From: Botryllus schlosseri
Lineage: Eukaryota
NCBI GenBank assembly: GCA_051294905.1
Contig: CM119371.1
Span: 186,001-250,000 of the forward strand
Reading direction: 5' to 3'
DNA: 64,000 nt
The notes beneath the pieces were generated by a model. The model saw nothing but the letters and a program-made list of their open reading frames with translations, was not told where the DNA came from and searched no databases. Shown here in pieces: positions 23,501-36,200 of this stretch; position 1 is the first letter of the stretch, and every line of letters begins with the position of its first letter. Position numbers and translations under genes: made by a program.

Positions 23501-25868
23501 ATGGGCATATTGCCTTGACGTGCAATGGCCCACCACTGCCAAGACCGAGACGCCTGCAAAACGACTTCGGGCGCTCCAAAAGACCATGCTTTACGAGGAG
23601 ATAGTTGTCTAGCAAGTAGGCCTACCGTGTATAGCTATTAGCTAACCCCAATATTGATTCTTCAATCCATGGGTGGCCAATCTGCAGCAGTAGAAGGAAA
23701 ATTATGCGGCTGTCGACACTTGTATAATAACAACCCTAAGTTTTCACAGATACCCCCTGCATCAGCTGTATCTGGGAATCTGATCACATTGGCCGAGAAA
23801 GGATAAATATTTTATAGTAATATGTGAAACTATACTAATATTTATTGACGAAATTCACTCGTGAACATGAAAAATTTTTCGCGCTTCGCGCGACTACAGA
23901 TTGGTTCTCTGTGGCTCTTTACAACATAACTACTAACGATTTGGTGCGCATAGTAAGCCGATATGTGCATATAGATTAGTTCGGAGTGTACCGGCAATGG
24001 ACATGGACATGATAACGTGGGTATTTGGCCCCAGCTAGTTTATCACGACTAACCACCGGTATGCGGCCGCAGGCTACATGAGTACGCGAGATGCGGCCGT
24101 GAATTACAAAAATGTTGGCCACCCCTGTTTTCAGTCAAATTGAAGACCATCCATGGCATATGCTATGAAGTCAATATTTTCAACTGTTCAGATTTTGGAA
24201 GAAATGAAAATGATTTGTCAGAAACAAGATTGTTCCGACGATACTTACTCTGTCGACCTGACGTCAAAGATTTTGGAGAAGAGTTATAGCTCAGCATCAC
24301 GATACATAGTAGCGGCGGATAGTCCTTTGGAAATCACGAACTTATATAGTAAGCATATAATTACAATACTCGAAACAATCGTTTTTCATTACAATTTATA
24401 CTGGATTCCTATTCGAGTACTCGAATTATTGTGCCCTACGCATGTGTCAACGTACCCCCTTTACTTGATAAACCGCAAAAGTTCGAACTTACGCTGACTA
24501 CGTTATTTGTTATTTCGGGAATCATTTTCTGTCCTTTAAGTGCTTAATCTGAGTTGGCACTTCGTTTTCAGGTACTCAAAAACTGGACTGGATGGTGTAC
24601 ATCCCAACGATCTTCAAAGAGAAGTATGACAACTTCCTGATTGTGGACAAGGTGTGTTGATCATCGGTATCTCTCAAAATGCAGCTAAACATTTCCACCC
24701 ATTCATTACATAATTTTGGACATTTAAAATGGCCTCTGTCAGTATTGTTTTCACAGTTCGTACTTAATTTAATTTGAGACGATATGATATGACCACATGA
24801 TGTATCTTGTAGAATATTGATATGTGCTCGTGTTGATCTACGCCAGGGGCGGGCAACTTCTCCAGTCAGCGGGCCGGATGTAGGAAAATTAAGTACTTGG
24901 CGGGCCGGATAGCTGAATCAATACATTATTAGCCCATTTATCCTCATATACAAAGAATAAATCGCATGTAATGAATGTATTGTAACGACACCTATGTCAT
25001 TTCAAAGCCATTTCTCGCCGATGTTGAGGAAGACAATGTGGATTTGAGAACATCATTGTCATACAGGCGCCACCATATCTGCTTCTGTCTGATCGATCAA
25101 CACATGTTGCAATCCTTAATTAAGATTTCAAGGCGTTCGATAACCCCGGTACCACAAATTTACCAAGATATCAATCCATTTTGGTTGAGTACATCGTAAA
25201 TGCCGATAATGAAAGTCTTCTCGCGTCTACGAACTTACGCGTAAGCTCTCCTGTGGCACGCATTCCCGGTAATGGTTTTCTCGATATTGACCCGACACCG
25301 GCGGGCGGGCCACATTATCAACTAAGACGGGAAACTGTCCGCGGGCCGGACAAAATCGCCTCGCGGGCCAGATCCGCGGCCCGCCCCTGATCTACGCCTA
25401 TTGTTTTCCAACTTATTTTCACTGAACAACCCCGCATCAAGCTTGATATTTCCCAATGGGTTATAATTAATTAATTAAATATAATTTACATAATGTTCCA
25501 GCTTCTGCCTACCCGCCCACATTATAAATCACTGATCCATAAACCTCACACTCTTTTAAACTATTCCATGGATACTGGATAGTAACATTTATATTTCGTA
25601 GGAGCCGAAGAATGTCTATCCGACCATCGCATTCAATTCTGAGACGGAAAAGTGGACGATTCATTTCGATGGAGAAGTTGTGAAAGGTTTATTTGGTTTT
25701 CACCATGCTCTAGCATGCCTGATGGCTATTTATTGGGTTTTCAATGTGAAGTTTGCTCCTTCATCATCAAACTCCTTGAACTTTGTCGCAACTTTTCTCG
25801 CCAAGCTTCCAAACGTCAAACCAACTAATGCTGTTCGCAACAAGATAAACATGACACTCAACGATTAA
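20554..25868 (+). CDS. EnSpm accessory (ORF2) protein, 9 exons, 552 aa; SAMD3-like C-terminal region and possible PB1/ubiquitin-like N-terminus
   Basis: GT-AG exons: 20554-20776, 21473-21676, 21733-21958, 22037-22139, 22196-22381, 23017-23229, 24192-24348, 24572-24651, 25602-25868. They total 1659 nt with compatible phases and no internal stop. Motifs LYPTRQQYDAPVAALITKYPWM, SWKKQLITQFQEYRR, MKRTFKDRR, LLRAYPVL and ALACLMAIYWVFNVKF resemble the second ORF of animal EnSpm elements, often annotated SAMD3-like. Confidence 0.85.
20825..21292. mobile_element. Tc1/mariner-pogo type MITE in intron 1 of ORF2
   Basis: TA|CCGTAAAACGGGGTAACATTGGAC ... GTCCAAAGTTACCCCGGTTTACGG|TA, with a TA TSD. Confidence 0.88.
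23242..24127. mobile_element. Composite hAT (Charlie-like) MITE(s) in intron 6 of ORF2
   Basis: Left end CAGGGGTCTCCAAC...GCGGCCCGCGGGCCGC, an internal second left end at ~23669, and right end GTTGGCCACCCCTG. No clean TSD. The interior is related, inverted, to ~28390-28600. Confidence 0.7.
24844..25389. mobile_element. hAT MITE in intron 8 of ORF2
   Basis: CAGGGGCGGGC / GCCCGCCCCTG termini and perfect 8-bp TSD ATCTACGC (24836-24843, 25390-25397). Confidence 0.92.
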
Positions 25869-26339
25869 TTGTCATATTATGATTTGTGGCGGTCCTGTTT
25901 TTGCCCTCTTTGATGACTGCCAGCAGTAATATCTTGTGTTGTGACGCTTAGCATTGGTTTTTTAATTAATCGATGCTAGTCCTTGTCGATATCAATTCGC
26001 AATATATTTGTAATGGTCGTGGGCGTGGCCCAGAGTTTGGTCTTTTGATTATATTTTTGGAATGCTTAACGTATTGGCAACCAACTGGCCTAAACCTTAT
26101 AAGCACCAATGTTCAATTGTTGGCACCATCACAGCGTGCTCATTACATAATAAAATTTTCAACTTGAACAACAAACATATATTGTTTGTTTACCTGAAAT
26201 AATTACGCATCATTATTAATTTGTGACACTGCAGGTTTCCAATATTGCTGATTGTATACTTTTATGAAACAATGCTTTATTTGCTGCTAATATACACTGC
26301 TTTTTAATCTGCAGACTGACTACTGATTTTGTGTGTTTA

Positions 26340-26455
26340 AGGTGAAAGGTCAATGACAATTATTTGTCAGGCTCGGTTTCTTGCAATCCTAGTCAGTCAG
26401 CACAGCTGGGATTTGGCTGAGGTGAAAGGTCAATGAAAATATAGGTGAAAGGTCG
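26340..26455 (+). repeat. Three subterminal AGGTGAAAGGTC(A/G)ATGA repeats (DR1-like)
   Basis: Copies at 26340, 26420 and 26443, near the right TIR. Confidence 0.85.
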
Positions 26456-26799
26456 ATGAAAATTATCAATAAGGGTCGGTTTTTTCCAATCCGAGTAATG
26501 GAAAACTCGGGATTTACCTACTTTAATGAGGTCGGAAAGTAGTTTCCCGGGTCACAAGTCGGATAATTTTGAACCTAACCTAATGTCGGGATTTACCGAG
26601 GATATTTTTTACAGTGTAATTCGAATTACTGATTGTAAGGACGAGAGTATTCGTTGCCGACTATATTTTTGTTGAAGGTTTTGGCCAACCATAGCAACGA
26701 TCATTTATGGCCACAGTTATATAGCATTTATCCTGCGTTTTAGTACCGAATTTTGGCCGCATCCACAGGCCAAAACTTCATGTCTATATGTGTCCAGGC

Positions 26800-27340
26800 G
26801 CACTGATTAAATTGTCAGGTTACCCTCGAACACGCTGCACACCAAATTTGGTTCAATTCTAACATGTATTAGCCGCCGCAGAACCAATTAAAATTTTTAA
26901 TTTATATCGAAAAAAATAATAATTCTGTGAGCCCCATGAAGTTGTTGAGTTGTCTTCGAAAACGAAGCAAAACAAATTTGACTCAATTCCAACCCGTAGA
27001 AGCGGAGTTATTGCAGTTGAAATTTCTGGATTTGCAAAAATGGCATTGACGGTGAATATAATCCCACAATTATAAATCAAAAACTACAAAAACTCCGCTT
27101 CGACGCGTTGGAGTTGAGTCAAATTTGTTTTGCGTCGTTTTTGAAGAAGACTCATCAATTTCATGGGGCTGACAAAACATTTCGAATTTTTTTCATAATA
27201 AATCAAAAATCTAAATTGGCTCTGCGGCGGCTTACACTTGTTAGAATTGAACCAAATTTAGTGTGCAGCGTGTTTAAGGGTGACCTGACAATTTAGTGAA
27301 CGGCCGAAATCCGGAAAAAAGGTTAATTTTGAACAACTCT
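26800..27340. mobile_element. Palindromic MITE, truncated; related copies at ~41537-41761 and ~59210-59594
   Basis: AAATTGTCAGGTTACCCTCGAACACGCTGCACACCAAATTTGGTTCAATTCTAACA (~26808) is inverted at ~27238-27294. The related copies end in ...AACAACCCTA. Confidence 0.75.
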
Positions 27341-28724
27341 GTTCCAATGTCCATTAGGGTTGACTGAACTATAAGTTTAACTGAATTTCACATCGGACCC
27401 TTTTTAACATTGACCTGCAAAGCTCTCATTTGAATATTTGCTACTGCCATCAAGTGCGACTCATCTGGTACTTACAGGGGACTTGGTGCCCGCGAGCTCT
27501 GCGTTACTGACTCCTTCCTCAGACAATAGCTTTTGTAGTAAAACAAAACTGATCGTTTCGCAAACTGGCTTGTATTACTCTGCATTTACTGCGATATATA
27601 CGACGCGCCTTAATGACGTGACTTGCTTAGTCTATAAGGAAAATGCCTCTACTGCATCGATGACGATACTTCTTAGGTCGCATACATCTACAAACTGGCG
27701 AGATAATAGCTCACCTACACATCCATAAGATAATATCCCACCTGCACATCTATAGGATACAATGTAAATTTACATAAATTGTCCACGAGTAATATAAACG
27801 CATACACTGTATACGTTCGATTTGAATAATACAAAGCATTTTTTTAATTGAGTACTGACAGAATTACAATGCTATAGATCAGTGGTGGACAAACTACGAC
27901 CCGTGAGCACATTTTCTGCGTCCCTCGAGAATGTAACAAGTATCGATAAAATCCGTAGTAAAATATGGTCACTGCTGCAACTTGATTAAATATTATCTTG
28001 ATATTTTTCATAATGGTATTGATACGTTACAGTCTAAAGTAGCGGTCGCCAACTCAACTTCGTAGAGACCGCGGGCCGCAAGAATGCAATAAAGAGACAA
28101 AAAGGCCGCACACTATAGCAGTCACATTTTCAAAACTTGACGTCAATACAACGCTGTGCTCTCTAACATGCACGACGAGCATATTTCCAATAAAAGAGGT
28201 GATTTATTAAAGAAATGCAAACGCAACAAGAAATCACCAATATCTTTATATATTCAACTGTGAGCTGCGCACGATACCTGACAACACATTTCAGCGACCA
28301 AGGAATCAATAACGGGTCCAGCGAGACACGGTACCAGCTGAAAGACTACCTCATTGGTCTTCTGAGAAAGCCCTAATCCGTTTTTTAAGCGTCTTGGTCT
28401 TGGCAGTGGACCATTGTACGTCAAGGTAATATACCCATTTATATCATCTCATTCCCCCTCAATGAAGTGCTGTTTACTTCGCCAGCGAGTTACAGCGAGT
28501 GAGAAACATTGATACTGGGCACAGTGGAATAGATTATATTGCGATAACAACAACAAAAACAACAATACTTTGAAACCAGAAATCAATTTCGCCATTTCCA
28601 AATGCTTTTCTTAATGTTCTTTTCAAATCTGAAATCAAATCGCAGCTCGCAAGATACGACCTGGCTGGACATGTGCGGCGCGGCCCCCCGCGGGCCAAGT
28701 ATTGGTGACCCATATAGTCTAGGC

Positions 28725-29454
28725 CAGGGGTGTCAAACTCAAATTGCGCCGCGGGCCGGATTCAAGCTTTCAAATCGCTCGCGGGCCGGACCAGTAGACT
28801 GATTCCAAAATGTTAATTTGTGCTCTTGCTTTTCACTTGAATGCCTTAAAAGGCATGTGTAGATAATACGCGGATCATAATAGGGATTTTAAAGTAGAAA
28901 GTCGCGACACCTCTATGCGCGAACAATGGAATTCGCAAAAATACGATGATTGTCTGGTCGAACACAGTTAAGAAACGCTAAAACAGTCGCGTTAACGGCG
29001 ATATAAGTTGTCATATCAGGAGGTCTGTTTGGGCGAAAGTGACAGAGCAGTGCGATCATACATATTTCAATTATATATTTGTACAACTAATATATTTTCC
29101 ATGTAAACCGCGTATAACGGTGCCGCATAGGCGTTTTTTTGTGAATAACTACTTTTTGATCCATTTTCTATAAAACTTAGAACTTGGTTTGCACTTTTTG
29201 CTTTCTTGACATTGGGTTTCAATTTCCACGACTTGTTACTAGTGGTAACTAGAGTGAAACCACAGCGCCGTAGTCGGGTGATTATGATAGGGTTTATGAA
29301 CATAGAAGTATTTCCTGCAAAAAATCTCAACAATTGTTACAAATGTGCTGGAAACTATATGGATTTTTCAATCTACTCAAAATTGCTTCGCGGGCCGGGT
29401 AAAATCGTCTGGCGGGCCGGATGCGGCCCGCGGGCCGTATGCTTGACACCCCTG
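28725..29454. mobile_element. hAT (Charlie-like) MITE
   Basis: CAGGGGTGTCAA / TTGACACCCCTG termini and perfect 8-bp TSD GTCTAGGC (28717-28724, 29455-29462). Confidence 0.92.
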
Positions 29455-29461
29455 GTCTAGG

Positions 29462-31437
29462 CAGTGCTTTTCAACCTGTGTGACGGTTCGCACTGGTGCG
29501 AATGACGAAGGTGGTGCGAATAGTGCGAATGAAAATCCGGGTCAAGTGCGAATGACGTAGGTGGTGCGAATGGTGCGAATGAAAATCCGGATCAAGTGCG
29601 AATGAAAATCGTGAATAAATGTTAACTTTTCTGACGAGGAACAATTCAAATAAACTTAATAGGAAATTTAGAATCAGTGTAACTTTTGGAGCTGTGATGC
29701 AATTGTAAAAAATTAACACGACGCACCACGAATCGTAGCTCTTACAAGCCGTAGTGAATTAATATTCCCATACTATAATTATTACGTCACAAAAAGTCTG
29801 GTTTGGAAGCTGGTTTAGTGGCAGTATAGAGATCTCTACAATCTCTATAGTGGCAGACATACAGTATATCAGCCCGTCTGATCCTGCGACAGGCTCGAAA
29901 AATGATGTCAAATTGACTTTCTGCTTTCTTTCGCTAAACAATCATCATATTTTCGTAATAACTGTTCTATGATAGTAGTTAATACCATCATTACAGCGAC
30001 TCACATTCGCAATTTTACTGTAACGTTCATTTTTTACCCCTTCGTGGTTATTAAAGTAGTGACCGCAAAGGGTATAATTTTGGGTTGACGCGGTGCCAGA
30101 GCTATCTGTTAATATGTATGTAATAGTTATTGAATTTATTGCAAAAAATCCTGCGATTGTTTTTACATATCCAAGGTCACTGTGTTGGGTACTGTAGCTA
30201 ATAAGCGAGACGCGCAGCAAATATGGCATATGGCATGGAATTCATGATCAGATTTATTCGACTGTTTTTTTTCTGGAAATCATGGTCGAAGACCGTTGGG
30301 ATGAACTAGTGTAGAGTTGTGCAACGAGCGAGTTCAGGCCTTTGAGACTCAATCATTTCGAGGTCAACCTCTTCTGCGTCGGGCACATGAAGACGTAAAG
30401 TTTTGGCGAATAAACCGCTGATAAAATGCGGTGCCAAAAACATGAGCGGCGACAAAACCTCGGTCTAAAAATGACCGATGCTGGATGGCCGAACCTTTCG
30501 AGATGGATTGGATATGCTTCGTTGTCGGCACGGAAGATGAGTCGCGTTCTTGCAATCTGAGTAGGCAATATAGTACAACTGTGATACGCAGAGGAATTTA
30601 ATTCGCCCTAATTTTAAATCGCGTACGTCAGACATGTGTTGTAGAGCTGTGTTGGTTAGAATTATGATGTGCATGCCCGTAACATCGTAGCGTACAACTG
30701 TAATATTAAATATAAATTCCTCTTCATGGGTGAGCCTCGGGTCGCGGGATGCCACAAAAACTCAGATTTTGGTGGTAGTCTAAAAGCTGGTTCACCGTTA
30801 TTAAAGTGTTATGAATCCTCAAGTTAGATTGAGGTTAATAGTAGAACACGCAGTACCATGAGTTATTTGCTTTTCTCATAAACTTGCGAGACAGAAGTCG
30901 GAGCAACGTATCATCAGGTATCGAGCTCTAATGTGCCAACTCTCCTTGATCGTTTTGCACCTTATGTTCCAAAGACATAAGACAAAAGCCTCAATACAAA
31001 CATGTGGGTTTTTCATCCTTTCGACAAACTGGAGCTTCGCGCGAACTTTGTGTCAGCTCTCAAAAACGATTTCTGCCAGCAAGAATTTTTCACTCGCGAA
31101 AAATAGGCTGTATTTTGAATAGGAGTGCAGAATAGATTTTAAGACCTGACCATCCAAGCACTAGTAGAAGTTCTTGTACAAATTTCGAACAACATTGTTT
31201 GGTCGAGAAGGGTTGTATTGAAATAATTGGAAGTAAAACGAGCGAAAAAGGTTGCCTTTTTAATGAGACATTTAATAGCTTAAGCTATATACTTATATCA
31301 TTTGTTGCACATCCGAACAAAATGTTGAGTAGGCCTATATTCATCTTTTTGTATAACAATTTTCGATTAGTATGTGCGAATGAAATTTATTTCACAAAAA
31401 AAGTGCGAATGGAGCTCAAAAAGGTTGAAACGCACTG
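29462..31437. mobile_element. hAT-type non-autonomous element with GTGCGAAT subterminal repeats
   Basis: CAGTGCTTTTCAACCT / AGGTTGAAACGCACTG termini with GTCTAGG on both flanks, and a 50-bp tandem duplication at ~29496-29610. An inverted partial copy lies at ~53186-53475. Confidence 0.8.
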
Positions 31438-33287
31438 GTCTAGGGGTATCACAGTGTCTTTTTATTTTATTGCTGAGGTCCTGGCCCACGCATTATGGTT
31501 GACACATCTCAGAAAGTATAATCGGAAATAATGAATCATTTCGGATCACACATTGGCAACTGCAACTTTCCTCTCAGTGCTCTTTAATCTGTGCTTGGAA
31601 AAGCGATTCATGCACATGTCAAGTAGATTTGTCCTCTAAGCTTAATGCCCATCTGTAAAATTCATTCTTGACTTTAGTTACGATTCATTCCTAATGTGTT
31701 GTTCAAAGTAACCTAAAAAATGCACAGTCAAAGCCGAATGGTTTTTCTTTAGATTTATTATAGACTGCAGAGCAGTGCGGCAACTGTCGCAGCCCGAATC
31801 CGCGAAGACGGTAAAGCATTGGGCATTTTTGAGAGATTTAAACAACTTGGAAATTTCCCTCGCAGTTCAGGCGATTTATTGTCGCCAAATTCTTTCATTA
31901 TCTACCACCCCAGAGAAAAATACGCTTACATTATGCAGAAGAATCCGCCAGTATTCGCAATCATGAGAAAACGACGATCCTAATATCGCTGTTGAATACC
32001 TCAGTTTAAGGGCGTGCGACCTGCGGGTGCATGATCCTTAGGATAGAGTATTTTTGTGCCAGCTAGAAAAATCAAATGTGACTGCTACATGTTCATCGAA
32101 AGGTTCAATATATATATATGTCAATTGTAAGGAGGTCGGCGTTAAACAATCCTACACCTGCAGTCTGTGGCGTAGGAGCATATGCTGCGGCTTTCGTTAA
32201 AAATGCCGCCCTAAGACTGCAGCAAATTTTGAAATTGACGATCAAATGAGTTTGCACAGTAGAATATTTAATCTCAGACGGCCATTCTGTTTACGTGAGT
32301 CCTCAAGTTTTAATAGTTACGAAGTGAAACTGCTTCGTGATTTCTCTATTTTCAAAAAATAGAAATTAAATTATTACACATTTTGCAAATTTGGAGGTTT
32401 CACGGACCCCCTGAAATTGCTTCGCGGATGCCGGTTGAGAACCACTGTTCCATAATGCTTGAGACAGACGCCTCACCGTCTCAGCGTTGAGGCCAAACAT
32501 AAAAGACAAAAATGGAGAACAACTGTAATCGGCGAATAAAAGATCAGTAGACACTTCAAAATTGAGCTTTTTGGGCTTTCGCCGAAGCAAAAACAGCGAT
32601 AATTTCTTTAAAATCATATTTTTGAACGTAGCCTCTTTCTATAGAAAGAATCGATAAGGTGAAAGCCGATCATCATTCATGGTAGAACGTAAATATGACT
32701 TTATCATTTTGAGCTTTGAGAAACTCCTCTTGCTTGTAACAGCTTGCAATTGAAACACCAATTGTAATATATAGTTTCAGACTCACCATGCATATATACG
32801 GTTTCGAATCAAGTACGTGTGGTTTTGCTAACCACTGTAGAACATCAAACGCTGTTGCATAACGATCAAACGGGGTTTCACTGCTTCGTACCAGCCTCTT
32901 AAATCCGACTATCCTTATTTTCGACAATATGTTGCTCGTGACGCAGAGCCAGAACCACCAACTGGCTATCACAGCACTGCTTGCAGTACAAGCCCCAGAG
33001 TACAAATGTGACAACAAAGGTAAATGATGCATATCATAAAGAAATAGCAATTTGGATACATAAATTATGTGCTTCTCACGTCAGAATTCTTACGATAAGC
33101 TTGAGTCGTTTGGCGATCCAAATAATATCTGACTATAACGACAACCCCGCGCGACTAAACGAACGAAACATAAAAAGTAGTTATTAACAATGGGCCCGAA
33201 ATTTTGCAATTATAAATTACTTATTGTTTTAAATTTACTGCACATAGTATGCCGATTATACCGTCGTATAAATCGGAGGCTGTGGGG

Positions 33288-36200
33288 TAGGGTGGAGTGA
33301 AAAATGAAAATTTTCGAATTTCAAAAAAGGGTCTTGATATGTGGTGCCAAATGGTAAACAAATAAATTCTATCATAATTTTGGGTTCGTACACCCTCTAG
33401 TGGTCGTGCAATTTCACCGAATGAGCAAAAAACAGCTAATTTCGCCATATCTTGATCATCACTTACACTAGAAAGTCAGTTTTGGGCTTAAAAGATGCAG
33501 AAGCAACATGTTTCTATCTCACTTCCATAGAACTTACTCTTAAAAATGAACAGAAAAAAAGTTACAACCAAATTTCTGATTTTATAGGTAAAATTAATCA
33601 CTGAAGCAGTGGGTAGGAGGTCAAAAGCGTGTAGTGATTGATCTTATGACCGAGCAACATACCCTATCAATTAAAACTACTTTTCAAAACTTGCTCAAAC
33701 AAATGAAAACCCCTCCAAGCATAGATAGGGCTCGGGCATCGAATAGAGACTGCTAAAACTGTATTTAAAACAGCGTCCATTGGTAGTGCAGCGTCACGAT
33801 ATCGGTAAGTTTAAAACAAGGGTCCTCGTGAGATTTCTTACCAAAATGCTGTCGTAGGTTTAGTATCATATTCGTCCAAAGCTCCTGAATGAAGCCCAAA
33901 AATTGAAAATACACATTCAAATTACAAACATCAATTCTATACAGGAAACAGAAAATGTTTGTGGCAGTATCACATGAGTATCAGTGTGCACTGTGCCCGA
34001 ACATTACAGTCATGTTTAGTATTGAAAGATTTTATATGCTTTCAAGACTTCAGTTTTGTCTGATGAGGCCATCTCTACGTTTAAATCCTGAAACATTGGT
34101 AGAGGCTTCAGTAACCACGTTTTAATGTCTTTCCACTGCCTGGTTGTGACAAGGATGACTGAGCCTTAATGGTGATGATCTTAGGTTTTCCACCTCGACA
34201 TCTGACAATGTCTTGATTGCAGACATCTGTTCAATATCTTTGTGGTTTAGGTTAACAATTTGGTGGAAAGATTAAGCCTTGATATCGATAACTGGAATTT
34301 GGAAGAAACTGATGCTCAATTTCGCTTATTTTAGGTTTGGTGTCATTTATATATCGTCCTTCAAATTCATAATTGGAATTTGGTATGGTGCAGTTGTTCT
34401 CTGCATAGCTGTAATCTTGTTAACTGAAAATCTTCGGACGTTTCCCTCCTCGTCACCAAAGCATTCTCTGCAAAACATTTCCTGGATGCTCAAAATGAGC
34501 ATTCCTTCGTAGCAAAGATAGTGCAAGGTAGTGAATTCGGGTATCAGTCAGCTTTGTGACACGGGAAACTATGTTGTGGAAATTTTAGCACCATCAACAA
34601 TGGAATTGTGCATTTTTATTTCAAACCATGACGGAAAATAGACCTCCATGCAGAATTGAGCAAGACAGTTCAGATTTCTAGATGGACGACTCTGTCCCAC
34701 ATAGTAGGCTACTTTGAAATTTGATATGCGAGAGTCAACCATATTGAATGAACGATGGGCCCAGCTTCTAAATATTGCAGATCTGGTTCCTACTGACGAC
34801 TTTGAAGGATGATATATAAATGAAACCAAACTCTAAAGCAGCAACATTGACACCAGTATAAGATTCTTCCAAATTCCAGTTATCTACATCAAGGCTCAAT
34901 CTTTCCACCAAATTGTCAACTTAAACCTCAAAAATACTGAACAACCGCCTGCATCGCAATCAAGACCTTGTCTGATCACGAGCTGGTAAATCTATGATCA
35001 TCACCATTAAGGCTCAGTTATCCTTGCCACAACCAGACAGTGGATAGACATGTGACAGTGGTGACATAAGCATCAGCTCAATGTTTCAGGATTTAAACGT
35101 AGATATGGCCTCATCAGACAAAAACGGAAGTCTTGAAAGCAGATGAAATCTTTCAATACTAAACATGATTAAAATGCTCGTGCACACTGATACTCCTGTG
35201 ATACTGCCACAAAAATTTTCTGTTTCCAGTATAGAATTGACGTTTGTGTTTTGAATGTGTATTTTCAATTTTCGTGCTTTCATTCAGGAGCTTTGTGACA
35301 AATATGATACAAACCCCACGACAGCATTTTGGTAAATCTCATGAGGGCCCTTGTTATAAACTTGCCGATATTGTGACATTGCATTACCAATGGACGCTGC
35401 TGTTTTAAATACAGCATTAGCAGTCTCTATTCGATGCCCGAGCCCTATTTATGCTTGGAGGGGGTTTCATTTGTTTGAGCAAGTTTTGAAAAGTAGTTTT
35501 AATTGATAGGGTATGTTGCTCAGTCATAATATCAATCACTACACGCTTTTGACATCCCACCCACTGCTTCAGTGCATAATTTTACCTATAAAATCAGAAA
35601 TTTGCATGTAACTTTTTTTCTGTGCATTTTTAAGAGTATAAGTTCTATGGAAGTGAGATAGAAACATGTTGCTTCTGCATCTTTTAAGGCCAAAACTGAC
35701 TTTCTAGTGTTAGTGATGATCAAGATATGGCGAAATTGGCTATTTTCGGCTCGTTCGGTGAAATTGCACGACCACTAGAGGGCAGACATGGGGTGATTAC
35801 TTCATGAATGTAATCGATTGCGATTACGATTACTTCTGAATCGCGCGATTACGATTACGATTACGATTACAGCAATATCAGGAAGTAGTCGATTACGATT
35901 ACGATTACATTGGAAAAGTAATCACGATTACTCACGATTACATTTATTTTGCTTCTTTGAACTAATCTTAGAATATATTGGTAGACAATATAATGATTGT
36001 GATGAAAAGGTATAATGAGATAACATCTTTCTTTGTAGATAATACGTCATTTGTTTGTTACGTCATAATATACCGAATGCCCATCTTTATAGGGGACGAT
36101 TTACCACACCCACCGATTTCCTTTCTTGCCAGGTCCGTAACTGCCGCACCCCAAACCCCTTAATAGGGTGGGGAGCAGGGTTGTAATGACTCGAGTCGCG

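Larger units (their letters stand above)
16340..26616 (+). mobile_element. Full-length CACTA/EnSpm (CMC superfamily) DNA transposon, 10,277 bp, apparently autonomous
   Basis: 31-bp TIRs with 1 mismatch: CACTGTAAAAAATATCCTTGGTAAATCCCGA (16340-16370) and TCGGGATTTACCGAGGATATTTTTTACAGTG (26586-26616). TA on both flanks (16338-39, 26617-18) fits the 2-bp TSD of animal EnSpm elements. The element encloses a CMC transposase and accessory genes. Confidence 0.95.
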
